Below are positions 1 through 10,475 of a DNA stretch of 64,000 nt, piece by piece. How positions within the stretch are numbered: position 1 is the first letter of the stretch; each line of letters starts with the position of its first letter. Source of the stretch: Flavobacteriales bacterium (GTDB lineage Bacteria > Bacteroidota > Bacteroidia > Flavobacteriales_C > GCA-002722245); NCBI GenBank assembly GCA_002717515.1, contig PBEC01000017.1, forward strand, positions 9,159 through 73,158, written 5' to 3'. The notes under the pieces are model-generated. The model was not told the origin of the DNA, did no database searches, and worked only from the letters and a program-made list of their open reading frames with translations. The position numbers and the translations under genes are program-made.

Positions 1-595
1 GATTAGCGCTGTTGATCAAAATTTGCATTTTTTAATTTGTGATAGTTCAGGTAGCGCGGCAGTAATTGAATTCAGCAAAAATGAAATGAAGGTTTATAAA
101 GGTAATGATTTACCTATTCCTGCTTTAGAAAATGAGCCTTATTTAACTTCTCTTGAAAAAAGTAGAAAAAATCAAAGTTGTAGATTTAGAACTGTATCCA
201 GAAAGCTAAAAGAATATAACTTAACATCAAATGATTCTGCTGTTGATTATTCTTTTCAAATACTTGACAAGGTAGCTCTGGATGGTTCATGGTCAATCGT
301 GTATGATATTAAAAATATGGAGATACAATTTAAAACAGCTTCAAACAAATCACTACGAAGAATTCGAGTTAATGATTTTAGTTTTAGTTGTAATCAAAAT
401 AGTTTAATATATGATTTAAAAAGAAAGGATGAGGGTCATATTAATAGTTACTTCATAAATTTCTCCTCAGATTTGAATAAATTGAAATTTATGGATGGTA
501 TTAAAACCAATAACATAAAACTACCCAAAGAAATACTTGTTTTATTTCAAGAGTATTTTAGTAAATGTATTTGTATTAATGACTCCAACAAATAA
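1..595 (+). CDS. Linear amide C-N hydrolase (choloylglycine hydrolase / penicillin V acylase family), C-terminal fragment; 5' end lies outside the window
   Basis: The frame is open from nt 2 (..ISAVDQN before the first Met). The motif HFLICDSSGSAAVIEFSKNEMKVY resembles the conserved HW(L/M)I(A/S)DK.G.S.V(I/V)E..K...K(I/V)(Y/F) block of Ntn-hydrolase CBH/PVA enzymes. Confidence 0.5.
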   Translation, partial: ISAVDQNLHFLICDSSGSAAVIEFSKNEMKVYKGNDLPIPALENEPYLTSLEKSRKNQSCRFRTVSRKLKEYNLTSNDSAVDYSFQILDKVALDGSWSIVYDIKNMEIQFKTASNKSLRRIRVNDFSFSCNQNSLIYDLKRKDEGHINSYFINFSSDLNKLKFMDGIKTNNIKLPKEILVLFQEYFSKCICINDSNK

Positions 596-731
596 TTTTA
601 TCTAAAATTTACCGCCAAAGGTATCGGAACTAAAAAGCTCTTTTCCTTCTCCGCCTTATAAAGTTATTTTTTTATCTGAACTAGATTATAATAACAATTA
701 TTTGCATATTAGTAACTACTAAAAAATTAAC

Positions 732-1124
732 TTGATTGAACAAAACGATATAATAGATGACCACTTATCTGGTAAACAAAAGTCTAATAAAATCTCCTTT
801 AAATTTTGTTCTATTTTTGTTTTGACAGTTTTTATAGGGTTCTATTTTCGTTTAAATCATTGGCCCGGAGCTACAATTTTAATGTTACTTGGATGGAGTA
901 TATTATGTGGATATTTGATTGCTAAGACATTTTTTTTAAAAAAAATTGGACAAATTATTTTAACAAATTCTATTTCAATTCTGATTTCCTTCCTCGTTAT
1001 TAATTCCTATGATTATTTCAACTATACATGTACTTACTCTTCGTTAGTTATAATATCATTTACTGTAACTTTTATTTTTGGATATAGAATAAAAAAGTAT
1101 AATCAAAGGATTCAAAATGAATAA
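732..1124 (+). CDS. Hypothetical small polytopic membrane protein (WPG-motif family, see 12121..12765)
   Basis: There are 3-4 hydrophobic helices. The motif FYFRLNHWPGATILMLLGW is shared with the ORF at 12121. Confidence 0.35.
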   Translation: MIEQNDIIDDHLSGKQKSNKISFKFCSIFVLTVFIGFYFRLNHWPGATILMLLGWSILCGYLIAKTFFLKKIGQIILTNSISILISFLVINSYDYFNYTCTYSSLVIISFTVTFIFGYRIKKYNQRIQNE

Positions 1125-1449
1125 GGTTTATTCAAAAAACACTTTGAAGGAACGCAATAAAACATTTATAAATTCAAGTGGTAAACACGACAGAATAAAT
1201 TAAAAGGTATAATGAACCCATCTATTCCATTTTTTTTAATAGCATTTACTAAAAAATAAACATGGATAATAAACATCCTCATTCAAAAAAACATAATTGA
1301 TTTAATAGTTTCGAATTTAGTTCAATATCAGTTCTGACATTGAAATTCCGGACTTTTAAATTCAATATTTCAGAAAGGTTGGCCCCGAAAGCAATATTAT
1401 TTCAATCTTTTTCGTTTTTCGAAAAATCAGAGAAAATTAAAATAGTAAT

Positions 1450-2313
1450 ATGGGGAAAAAAACAACTTTAACATTGCTTTTTCTGGGACTATTAATTTTA
1501 GTAAATGGACAAAATGTAGATTCTGTATCTTATACTTTCCGTTTAAATGGTTTGGGAACAATATCCCAAAAAATATCGTTTCTTTCTCCAATAAAATATA
1601 CAGGAGTAAATACAAGCTATGATTGGGGCAGATTCCGTCAAATCAATAATAAATTCCTAACAAAAAACCTTTACTTCAATTTTGCTCTGACTTTTAATGG
1701 AAATGACCAAAACACCAATATTGAAAACCCTGAGGAAAGACCGATACCACTTGGTATTTACTCTTTTAACTATGGATATCTTTTTAATAAAAGATACTCC
1801 ATACTTCATAACCATTTACCCAAAAAAGCTCCCTTAATTTCACTGGGTTGGTCATATTGGCTGGATGCAGGACTCGACATAAAACCTTTTAATGTTAATA
1901 ATCCATTTTATTACAACCTAAACAATATGGCAGGACTCTCTCTAGGCTTAAAAAAAAGAGTGAACATAAAAAAAGTTCAGCTTGATATTTCAAACGAATT
2001 TACCTTACCTCTATTTGGGATTTATGCAGCGACAAGATATAGTTCATCTCTACCCTATTCTACCATAGTTGATGACACAAGTTTTTGGGATGCATTTCAA
2101 ATCGGAAGTTTTCAGACTAATTTCCAATTCAGAAACAATTTAAATCTTGATTTTACTATACCAGGGAAAAAGAAAAATGTAAAACACACCTTTCGATTTC
2201 AATATGGGATAAATTACGCGAATCTTCGTGTAAACAACAACCAAAAGATACAAGCTACACATATATTTAAACTAGGTTACTTGTTCAATTCCTCAAGATA
2301 TGTTCATAAATAA
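1450..2313 (+). CDS. Hypothetical secreted / outer-membrane protein
   Basis: N-terminal signal peptide MGKKTTLTLLFLGLLILVNGQ. The protein is Asn/Tyr/Phe-rich, as a beta-rich OM protein would be. No recognisable catalytic motif. Confidence 0.4.
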   Translation: MGKKTTLTLLFLGLLILVNGQNVDSVSYTFRLNGLGTISQKISFLSPIKYTGVNTSYDWGRFRQINNKFLTKNLYFNFALTFNGNDQNTNIENPEERPIPLGIYSFNYGYLFNKRYSILHNHLPKKAPLISLGWSYWLDAGLDIKPFNVNNPFYYNLNNMAGLSLGLKKRVNIKKVQLDISNEFTLPLFGIYAATRYSSSLPYSTIVDDTSFWDAFQIGSFQTNFQFRNNLNLDFTIPGKKKNVKHTFRFQYGINYANLRVNNNQKIQATHIFKLGYLFNSSRYVHK

Positions 2314-3310
2314 ATCCATACTCACGACTTTAATTTTAAGCGTATTTATTACAGCTGGATGTGTAAAAGAAGATCTGTCCGAAACAGGAGGCAATGTATA
2401 TGAAAATTTTGACCTGCTTTGGAATACAATTAACGATAATTATTGTTATTTGGAATATAAAAACCTCAATTGGGATTCAATTGGAAATGAATACAGTTCT
2501 CAGTTACATGAAGGGATGACAGATAAAGATTTTTTTACAGTTTGTTCGAATATGTTAAACGAACTGAAAGATGGACATGTTTGGATTTATTCAGATTTCA
2601 ATACTTCTTCCTACGGGGATTGGTATTTAGACTATCCCCAAAACTTTAATTCAACTATAGTAGAACGAGAATACTTAGGCACTGACGCAATATGGGTGAC
2701 CGGTTTAAAGTCGCAAAAAATTAGAAATGTTGGATATTTACGATGCCCAAGTTTCATGAATTTATTTTCATTCAGTGAAATTGACGAAGCGGTATCTCAA
2801 CTGGGTGATATTGAAGGGTTAATCATTGATATTAGAAATAATACCGGAGGCTCATTGATTCATGCGCAACTATTAGCTTCAGCATTTTGTAAAGTAAAAA
2901 CAAAATATGGTTATTTACGATTTAAAGAAGGAAAAGGAGATAATTATAGTGATTGGTTTCCGCAATATTTAGAGCCAAAATCAAAAACAGTATTCGATGG
3001 AAAAATTGTTGTACTCACCAACAGAATGTGCTACAGTGCTGCCAATGAATTTACTAATGCTATACGCTCCTTGGATAATGTTACAATTATTGGAGATAAA
3101 ACAGGTGGCGGCGGTGGAATGCCAATTTCTTCAGAGCTCTATAATGGATGGCAAATCGGATATTCAACAAACCCAATGTTTGATATAGAAAAAAATCATA
3201 CTGAATCTGGAATTGAACCAGATATTTATTTGAATATGGATAGAGACGATGAATATAATGACATCGATAATATTATTGAGTATTCCATTGACTACCTAAA
3301 GTCAGATTGA
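2300..3310 (+). CDS. S41-family (C-terminal processing peptidase-like) lipoprotein
   Basis: Lipoprotein signal ..ITAGC. The motifs GLIIDIRNNTGGS and VLTNRMCYSAANEF match the S41 GLI(I/L)DLRNN.GG and TASAAE catalytic-Ser blocks. Confidence 0.55.
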   Translation: MFINKSILTTLILSVFITAGCVKEDLSETGGNVYENFDLLWNTINDNYCYLEYKNLNWDSIGNEYSSQLHEGMTDKDFFTVCSNMLNELKDGHVWIYSDFNTSSYGDWYLDYPQNFNSTIVEREYLGTDAIWVTGLKSQKIRNVGYLRCPSFMNLFSFSEIDEAVSQLGDIEGLIIDIRNNTGGSLIHAQLLASAFCKVKTKYGYLRFKEGKGDNYSDWFPQYLEPKSKTVFDGKIVVLTNRMCYSAANEFTNAIRSLDNVTIIGDKTGGGGGMPISSELYNGWQIGYSTNPMFDIEKNHTESGIEPDIYLNMDRDDEYNDIDNIIEYSIDYLKSD

Positions 3311-3582
3311 AAACACATTTTAAATTTCTGAGAACTACTTATCAGAATATAAAGCGCATTTATTTCTTAAGCCCCATCAATTTAACCGGAATTAATTGCT
3401 GTTCACTTACAAAGTTTTTTTTTGAAACATTGACACATTTCTTTTAAGCCTACGTAACCAAAGTACTAAATACATTTAGAATATAGTATTTATTGCGCTT
3501 GATACTGCAATTTACATACTACATAAAATGAGTTATTTAAAAATAAAAGCTACATAAACTGTAGTATTAAAATTTATTAGCC

Positions 3583-5874
3583 ATGAAAAAAACACTAACA
3601 ATTAGTATCGTTTCACTATTTCTTATTGGGGCCTGTACAAGTAGAGAGAATCAAACGGAAATAAAATCAGAGAGTAAAGATGGAGGTTGTCCTTACGGGT
3701 TTGATAAAGATCATAAACAAGAACAAATATCTAAAGTTAAAACCAATAAGGAATGGTGGCCTAATCGAATCAACTTAAGTATTTTATCACAAAACTCTAC
3801 GTTAACAAATCCCATGGGGAAAAGCTTTAATTATCAAAAAGAATTTGAGGAGCTTGACTACGCTCAACTGAAAAAGGATATAGAGGCCGTACTTACCGAC
3901 TCGAAAGATTGGTGGCCTGCTGATTACGGGAATTATGGTCCATTAATGATTCGATTAGCTTGGCACAGTGCGGGAACATACAGGACGGGAGATGGACGCG
4001 GCGGAACAAGAATGGGAATACAGCGCTTTGCTCCTCAAAACAGTTGGCCAGATAATGGAAACCTGGACAAAGCAAGAAGGTTGTTGTGGCCAGTAAAGAA
4101 AAAATATGGAAAGCAAATTTCATGGGCTGACTTAATGATACTAGCAGGAAATGTGGCCCTTGAATCAATGGGATTTGAAACGATTGGATTTGCTGGAGGT
4201 CGTCCCGATGTTTGGGAACCTCAAGAAGATGTGTATTGGGGTCCAGAAGGCAACTGGTTGGAATCAAGAAGGTTAAACAAAGATGGAGAGGTGGATTTAA
4301 ACATGGAAAATCCACTTGCTGCTGTTCAAATGGGATTGATTTACGTAAATCCTGAGGGGCCGAATGGAAATCCCGACCCAATGGCCTCTGCAAAAAATAT
4401 CCGAATCACGTTTGCAAGAATGGGAATGAACGATGAGGAAACTGTTGCTCTAATTGCAGGAGGTCATTCCTTTGGTAAAACCCATGGGGCTGGACCTACG
4501 GATAGTGTTGGTGTTGCTCCCGAGGGGGCTGCTATTGAAGAACAAGGTCTAGGTTGGAAAAGTACTTATAAATCAGGTAAAGGCTCAGATGCTATTACTT
4601 CAGGACTTGAGGTAACCTGGACTCCTACTCCAACGCGTTATAGCCACACTTACCTGACAGTTTTATTCAATAACGAATGGGAATTAACTCAAAGTCCAGC
4701 TGGTGCAAAGCAGTGGGTAGCGAAAGGTAAGGGCGAAATATTCCCTGATGCTTTCGATAAAAACAAACGTGTGAAGCCCATGATGCTGACCTCTGATTTA
4801 GCTTTAAAGTTTGATCCCGTTTACAAAAAAATCTGTGAAGGTTTTATCGAAAATCCGAAAGCATTTGACGAGGCATTTGCAAAAGCCTGGTTTAAATTAA
4901 CTCATAGAGATATGGGACCAAAATCCACCTATTTGGGGCCGGAAATACCCGAAGAAGATTTCATATGGCAGGACCCAATACCTTCAGCAAATTACGAGCC
5001 CATTACAGAATCAGATGTTGAAATACTGAAAGAAAAAATAATAAGCTCGGGAGTACCCATGAATCATTTGGTTGAAACAGCCTGGGCCTCTGCATCAACC
5101 TATAGGGTTTCCGATAGAAGAGGTGGCGCTAATGGTGCAAGAATTCGGTTGGAACCTCAAGTAAACTGGGAATGCAACAACCCTAAACAGCTCAAAGATG
5201 TTTTAGCTGTTTATAAGAATATTCAAACCGAATTTAATTCGACTGCAGAAAATAAAAAAGTATCCTTAGCCGATTTAATCATTCTCGGCGGAAACGCTGC
5301 GGTTGAAGAGGGAATTAAAAAAGCTGGACTTGATATTAAAGTTCCTTTTACTGTGGGAAGAACAGACGCAACACAAGAGCAAACAAATGCTGAATCTTTT
5401 GCCGTTTTGGAACCTATGGCAGATGGTTTTAGAAATTACCAAACGAAAAACTATACTTTGACTACTGAAGAGCTATTAGTAGATAAAGCTCAACTGCTGA
5501 CATTAACCATACCAGAGATGACTGTTCTCATTGGTGGAATGCGAGCACTAAATGCAAATTATGATGAATCGAATTTTGGTATTCTTACAAATACACCGGG
5601 TATTCTTACCAATGATTTTTTCGTGAATTTACTGGATATGAACACCTACTGGGAGCCAACATCAGAAAATAAATCAAATTTTGTTGGAAGAAACAGAGTA
5701 AACAACGAAAAAAAATGGACTGCAACCAGAGCAGATTTAATTTTTGGATCCAACTCAGAACTAAGAGCGATTGCAGAAGTTTATGCAAGTAACGATGCTA
5801 AAGAAAAATTCGCTGTAGATTTTGTTAAAGCCTGGAATAAAGTAATGAACTTAGATCGATTTGACGTAAAATAA
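3583..5874 (+). CDS. katG: Catalase-peroxidase KatG with an N-terminal lipoprotein signal (exported)
   Basis: Hallmarks: WHSAGTYR, two peroxidase lobes, and GGCPYG...[12 protein letters not shown] aligning to the KatG N-terminus. About 33 extra N-terminal residues carry a signal peptide plus the lipobox LIGAC. Confidence 0.95.
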   Translation: MKKTLTISIVSLFLIGACTSRENQTEIKSESKDGGCPYGFDKDHKQEQISKVKTNKEWWPNRINLSILSQNSTLTNPMGKSFNYQKEFEELDYAQLKKDIEAVLTDSKDWWPADYGNYGPLMIRLAWHSAGTYRTGDGRGGTRMGIQRFAPQNSWPDNGNLDKARRLLWPVKKKYGKQISWADLMILAGNVALESMGFETIGFAGGRPDVWEPQEDVYWGPEGNWLESRRLNKDGEVDLNMENPLAAVQMGLIYVNPEGPNGNPDPMASAKNIRITFARMGMNDEETVALIAGGHSFGKTHGAGPTDSVGVAPEGAAIEEQGLGWKSTYKSGKGSDAITSGLEVTWTPTPTRYSHTYLTVLFNNEWELTQSPAGAKQWVAKGKGEIFPDAFDKNKRVKPMMLTSDLALKFDPVYKKICEGFIENPKAFDEAFAKAWFKLTHRDMGPKSTYLGPEIPEEDFIWQDPIPSANYEPITESDVEILKEKIISSGVPMNHLVETAWASASTYRVSDRRGGANGARIRLEPQVNWECNNPKQLKDVLAVYKNIQTEFNSTAENKKVSLADLIILGGNAAVEEGIKKAGLDIKVPFTVGRTDATQEQTNAESFAVLEPMADGFRNYQTKNYTLTTEELLVDKAQLLTLTIPEMTVLIGGMRALNANYDESNFGILTNTPGILTNDFFVNLLDMNTYWEPTSENKSNFVGRNRVNNEKKWTATRADLIFGSNSELRAIAEVYASNDAKEKFAVDFVKAWNKVMNLDRFDVK

Positions 5875-5876
5875 AC

Positions 5877-6428
5877 ATGAAAAATATTGCTGTAATTCTC
5901 TCTATACCAATTTTATTTATAGCTTGTGAGAACAAGGTTATTCCAAATAATATGCAATTACAAAATGAGGAGAAAACCTTTTTAAGTAAATACAACAAAA
6001 GTACCTGGACAAATGGGTTTGAAACCTATACATTTGATACAAACTACAGCCAAAATGTGGATGTAGTACTGCCGATTTGTGATACTTGTTTTCTTCCAAC
6101 TTTAGAGTGTCATATGTGTGGTTATACCTGGATGCGGGATGAAATTGGAAAATTTTCATTTGGTAAAAATTATCAGAATGATTTTTTTTACGAAGAAGAT
6201 GAAACACAATTTTATGAAGACAGTACCAACAGTATCTACTCCAGGTATATACGGGGTGGTTTTTCGGAAACCTATGAATCCGGCCCTGTATTATGGGTGC
6301 CTCATAATGAAGATTCTTTAATTGTTGAAAAAGTAAAACTCAAAAACCAATCTTTTTTGGAAGATTTTCATCAGAAAAAAAGAGAAGAGAATGAAAAAAT
6401 AGATGAATATATTGATGAAAATTATTAA
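5877..6428 (+). CDS. Hypothetical lipoprotein with a CxxC-x6-CxxC cluster, co-transcribed with katG
   Basis: It starts 3 nt after the katG stop. Lipoprotein signal ..LFIAC. The motif is CDTCFLPTLECHMC. Confidence 0.4.
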   Translation: MKNIAVILSIPILFIACENKVIPNNMQLQNEEKTFLSKYNKSTWTNGFETYTFDTNYSQNVDVVLPICDTCFLPTLECHMCGYTWMRDEIGKFSFGKNYQNDFFYEEDETQFYEDSTNSIYSRYIRGGFSETYESGPVLWVPHNEDSLIVEKVKLKNQSFLEDFHQKKREENEKIDEYIDENY

Positions 6429-6511
6429 TTGATTTCAAAAATTTCTCAGCGAAATTTAATTAGATTCACTTTTCCATGTTTACCTTTTTTAGTTTTTGTA
6501 TTAAATAATAA

Positions 6512-7057
6512 ATGCTTTACATGAAGGAAACGCAATTAATAGAAAAACTAAAGGAAAATAATGAACAAGCCTTCAAGCTTTTATATAAGTATTTTCCTAA
6601 AATAAGATCGTACTTATTAAAGTTTGGAGCAAGTAAACAGGAAACTGAAGACGTTTACCACGAAGCTCTTTATGTTTTAATTAATAAACTGAAGGACCCT
6701 GATTTTGTTCTAACCTCTAGTGTGAATACATTTCTTTTTAGTATTTGCAAATACAAATACACACGTTTAAATCGCAATAAACAAAAAGAAATTGACATAG
6801 AGATTGAAGCTCATGAAAAAGAAAATATTGAAGCTGCTGTTCAAGAAGACAAAAAATATTATGCAGCTCAAAACGCATTTCAGCAACTGGAAGAAAGCTG
6901 TAAAAAACTTCTCAAAGCATTTTATGTTGAAGGCAAAAGGATGAAACAAATCGCTATTGAATTTGGATTTAGCTCTGATAAAGTAGCGAAAACTCAAAAA
7001 TATCGATGCCTTGAAGCCGCTAAAAAAAATTACCAACAAAAAAATGTTACGCTATGA
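6512..7057 (+). CDS. RNA polymerase sigma-70 family ECF sigma factor
   Basis: About 180 aa. Region-2-like EDVYHEALYVLINK and a region-4 HTH (MKQIAIEFGFSSDKVAKTQKYRCLEAAKK). The stop overlaps the next gene (ATGA). Confidence 0.7.
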   Translation: MLYMKETQLIEKLKENNEQAFKLLYKYFPKIRSYLLKFGASKQETEDVYHEALYVLINKLKDPDFVLTSSVNTFLFSICKYKYTRLNRNKQKEIDIEIEAHEKENIEAAVQEDKKYYAAQNAFQQLEESCKKLLKAFYVEGKRMKQIAIEFGFSSDKVAKTQKYRCLEAAKKNYQQKNVTL

Positions 7058-9300
7058 GAAGAGATTTAGAAATATTAGCACAAATTGACGATTTCCTTGA
7101 TGGTAAAATCACTAAAGAAGAGCTTCAAAATGTAATTGAAAATAATGAGGATTTAGACCTTCAAATTGAAAGTCAAGAAGCCATTCGAAATGTGATGCAA
7201 AAAGAGGCTTTTATAATTCAATCAAAAGATGCATTATCAAAATTAAAGCTACTATCGGTAATAAAAACCGTTATTTTTTGTATAGTACTTTTTGGAGCAA
7301 TAACCACTTCTATTTTACTATTAAGTAGCAATGAAAAGGCCTCCGAATCGAATGCGCCTATTTTGCCAAAAGAAAAAAAGCCATCAGCTATTGCTGACCA
7401 GTTAATAAATACGCAGTTTTTTAAAATAAACAATTCCAGAGACACTGTTATTACAACCCAATCAGGGATGATTTTAAGTATTCCTCAACATACCTTTGAA
7501 ACATCAATGGATAAACAGTGTATGATTGAAATAAAAGAAGCTATTTCTCCAACCGATATTATAAAAGGAGGCTTAAATACAATGGCTGGCCCCACTCTTT
7601 TAGAAACAGGAGGAATGTTCAAAATATCCGCATTTCAAGACGACAAAGAACTGGCACTTAACAATGGTAAATCAATTGAGTTTATGGTGCCTACCACCAA
7701 CAAAACCCCCGGAATGCGTCTCTACAAAGGAAGTGTTCAAGCTAATGGTGATATTAATTGGAAAAGTCCTAAAAAACTTACAAACCCTCTTACACCATCA
7801 GATATCAACTCACTTAATTTCTATCCTAATAAATTTGAGAAATATTTATTAAAGAAGGGATTGAGTAAGAAAAGTAAAAAATGGAAAGACAGTCTTTATT
7901 ATGACGTTACAAATCTCACTGTTGAAGAAAAAACGTTTATTGGTCAAGACACCACTTTAGTATACAAATTCAAATCTTGTATCAATCCGAATTTGATTAA
8001 AACTTTTTGGAACAAAAAATTTAACAATACACTTTTAGCTACTTTGGAATTTGAAAAAAGGATGCCTGCTATTCATAAATCGGGCGACAATCGAATTCTT
8101 AATCTATACACAAACAATCTTGAAAAGAATTTGTTTGAAATAGATTCAATGGCTTGGAAAATAGCTTCACAAAAACATAAAAAATCATTCTATTATTTTA
8201 TGCAATTGAGGGAGCAATCACTCTCTAATTCGAAATCAAAAAGGACATTAGCCCTCTTAAAAAAGGCTATAAAATCAAGTCAGAAAAAAAGAAATAAAAT
8301 AACTTCAAGTACCAATCTAAGTTATTACCGAGGGAGGTTAATGCAAAATGATATTTTCAGATGGATGAACATTGACATTCCATTGGCTATAAGAAAAGCC
8401 ATAATAGCCGCAGAGAAATCCAGGTACAAAGAACTTAAAGAAAACTTGAGAGAAACAGAAAATAACACAGCAGATATTTCTGGTAATAATCTTACAGACG
8501 AACATCAGAGCTTTAATTTAAAAATTAAAAATGCTGAAAAGTTCGAAAGTAAGAAATGCTTTGCCTATTTACTAAGAAAAGATGCTCATTCGTTTGAAAA
8601 AATCCCAATTAAGAACAATCAACTCCATATCAAAAATAGAAAACCTAATGATTATCGATTGGCAATTGTTGGTTTTGAAAAAGATAAAAGCTGGCTGTGT
8701 ATTCCAGAAAAAATTGAAAATCAAAATTTAGAACTGTTTCTTGAAACGGAGGAAAGTTTTACAAAAAAAATTGAAAAAGTAGCCTCTTCAAAAAGATTTT
8801 TAAATACGCTATTGCAGGATATTTCAAAAAAATCAAAATTTTTGGAAAGTAAAAAAGAAGAAGAAAGTAAGCGTTTGGAGTTGGCAAAATTTCTTTACTC
8901 TTCAAAAATAGATACTCTATTCAATGAACCAGACATTTTTGCATTCAAACAAAATCGATTTACTGTTCAAACTTTCGATTATGATCCAAATAAATTAGTG
9001 GTTAAATATTTGCCAACACAAAAAGTGGATAGTATTAATTGTGTAAAGGCCTTCCTAAATTCAGATAAATACGAGTTTAATGGTAAAACAACACAAAATT
9101 TTAAAATTGAAATTTTAAGTCAAAGTGGTAAAAACATGTTGAAAAGTCACTTTGAAGAACCAAATAAGTATTCATGGCCAAAAAACCTACTTATTAGCTC
9201 TGAATTAAGGAGAGGTAAAAAACTATCCAAAGGAACTTATATCGTTAAACTTTTTTATTACAGTCAACTTGTGTCTGTAAAAACATTTGAAGTTTTATAA
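7054..9300 (+). CDS. Anti-sigma-factor-like single-pass membrane protein with a very large (about 650 aa) extracytoplasmic domain
   Basis: There is a 4-nt overlap with the sigma gene. About 70 aa are cytoplasmic at the N-terminus, followed by one TM (VIKTVIFCIVLFGAITTSILLL). The remainder is Lys-rich with no known catalytic motif. Confidence 0.4.
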   Translation: MRRDLEILAQIDDFLDGKITKEELQNVIENNEDLDLQIESQEAIRNVMQKEAFIIQSKDALSKLKLLSVIKTVIFCIVLFGAITTSILLLSSNEKASESNAPILPKEKKPSAIADQLINTQFFKINNSRDTVITTQSGMILSIPQHTFETSMDKQCMIEIKEAISPTDIIKGGLNTMAGPTLLETGGMFKISAFQDDKELALNNGKSIEFMVPTTNKTPGMRLYKGSVQANGDINWKSPKKLTNPLTPSDINSLNFYPNKFEKYLLKKGLSKKSKKWKDSLYYDVTNLTVEEKTFIGQDTTLVYKFKSCINPNLIKTFWNKKFNNTLLATLEFEKRMPAIHKSGDNRILNLYTNNLEKNLFEIDSMAWKIASQKHKKSFYYFMQLREQSLSNSKSKRTLALLKKAIKSSQKKRNKITSSTNLSYYRGRLMQNDIFRWMNIDIPLAIRKAIIAAEKSRYKELKENLRETENNTADISGNNLTDEHQSFNLKIKNAEKFESKKCFAYLLRKDAHSFEKIPIKNNQLHIKNRKPNDYRLAIVGFEKDKSWLCIPEKIENQNLELFLETEESFTKKIEKVASSKRFLNTLLQDISKKSKFLESKKEEESKRLELAKFLYSSKIDTLFNEPDIFAFKQNRFTVQTFDYDPNKLVVKYLPTQKVDSINCVKAFLNSDKYEFNGKTTQNFKIEILSQSGKNMLKSHFEEPNKYSWPKNLLISSELRRGKKLSKGTYIVKLFYYSQLVSVKTFEVL

Positions 9301-9426
9301 TCATTGAAAAAATCAATTTATGAGTTTACATTAGTCAAAGATTACTTTAATCTTAATCTTTTCAATAGTTTTAAATAATAAGGTAAATATGAATATATTT
9401 ATTCCTTAAATCAACAACCTTTACCT

Positions 9427-10086
9427 ATGGATATTTTAAAAATTGCAGCATCACAATTGGGTGTTAAAGAGATTAGAGGAGCTGAGGACAACCCGCAAAT
9501 AGTTGCATACGCAAAAGAAACAAACATTTCTGGAATTAATAACGATGAAATTCCTTGGTGCAGTACGTTTGTGAATTGGTGTGCAAAAGAAGCCGGTTTA
9601 CCAATTTCTGGCAAGCCAAATGCCCGTTCTTGGATTAATGTTGGAAAAACAACTGATAAACCTGTTCCCGGTGATGTAGTTGTATTTTGGAGAGAAAGCA
9701 TCAACTCATGGAAAGGTCACGTTGGAATATTTTTAGGATTTAATAAGGAATCCAACAAAGTATATTGTTTGGGAGGAAATCAAAAAAATGCGGTTACTGT
9801 TGCCGAATACGATGCAAAAAAAGTACTCAGCTTCAGGCGGTTAAGTAAAGTCGCTAATTTAAGTATTCCTGATCCTGTTCTTAAAAAAGGAAATAAAGGA
9901 GAAAGGGTCATTCAGTTGCAATTAATTTTAAATTACCTAGAATACAATTGTGGGGATGCCGACGGAGATTTCGGAACAAAAACTGAAAACTCAATAAAAC
10001 TGTTACAGTCTAATAATCAATTGGTTATTGACGGTGTTTATGGCCCAAATTCCCAAGACTGTATTGAATCGTTGTTACAATCTTAA
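9427..10086 (+). CDS. TIGR02594-type CHAP/NlpC-P60-like cell-wall hydrolase with a C-terminal peptidoglycan-binding (PG_binding_1-like) domain
   Basis: Catalytic-type Cys (PWCSTFVNWC) and His (WKGHVGIF). The C-terminus GERVIQLQLILNYLEYNCGDADGDFGTKTENSIKLLQSNNQLVIDGVYGPNS resembles a PG-binding repeat. Confidence 0.55.
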   Translation: MDILKIAASQLGVKEIRGAEDNPQIVAYAKETNISGINNDEIPWCSTFVNWCAKEAGLPISGKPNARSWINVGKTTDKPVPGDVVVFWRESINSWKGHVGIFLGFNKESNKVYCLGGNQKNAVTVAEYDAKKVLSFRRLSKVANLSIPDPVLKKGNKGERVIQLQLILNYLEYNCGDADGDFGTKTENSIKLLQSNNQLVIDGVYGPNSQDCIESLLQS

Positions 10087-10475
10087 ATTTAAATCAGAGT
10101 TAACCTCAAATTAATTAGGAATCCATTTGTTTCATATTGAAAATATTTTCCTTTGAAAATGAATGCTGAATTGATTTTTCAGCTTGACCCTCTTTAAAAT
10201 ATTTTCAACTTTTTCATAAAGCCTTTCATTTATTAACTGAGGTTTAAACTCTTCCTGCGTTTCACTTCAAAAAAAATCTACTACTCTCCTGTTAAAGCGT
10301 TTAATTGAAAATTGAACGCAAATAATAATTGCGTCAAAATATAGACTTTGTATAGTATTACCTTTAATATCGTAATGTTAAAATTTCTTTACGAAACTTA
10401 TTACTCCTAAAATTTAATACCAAATAAGAATCGGAACCGTTAGCTGAGAAGACTAAAAAATTAAAAACAAAAACT

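Noticed and set aside
3893-4393. 166-aa antisense ORF inside katG (and similar antisense or overlapping ORFs at 5606..5788, 5938..6207, 6767..7039, 10985..11269, 27325..28074, 30454..30828, 32095..32409, 37665..38036, 45583..46045 and others)
   Set aside because: They lie entirely within strongly supported genes on the other strand or frame. They are low-complexity with no motifs and are typical shadow ORFs.
9427-10086. Possible prophage because of the TIGR02594 lysin-like gene
   Set aside because: There are no capsid, tail, integrase or terminase genes nearby, and the flanks are housekeeping and envelope genes. It was treated as an isolated or domesticated gene.
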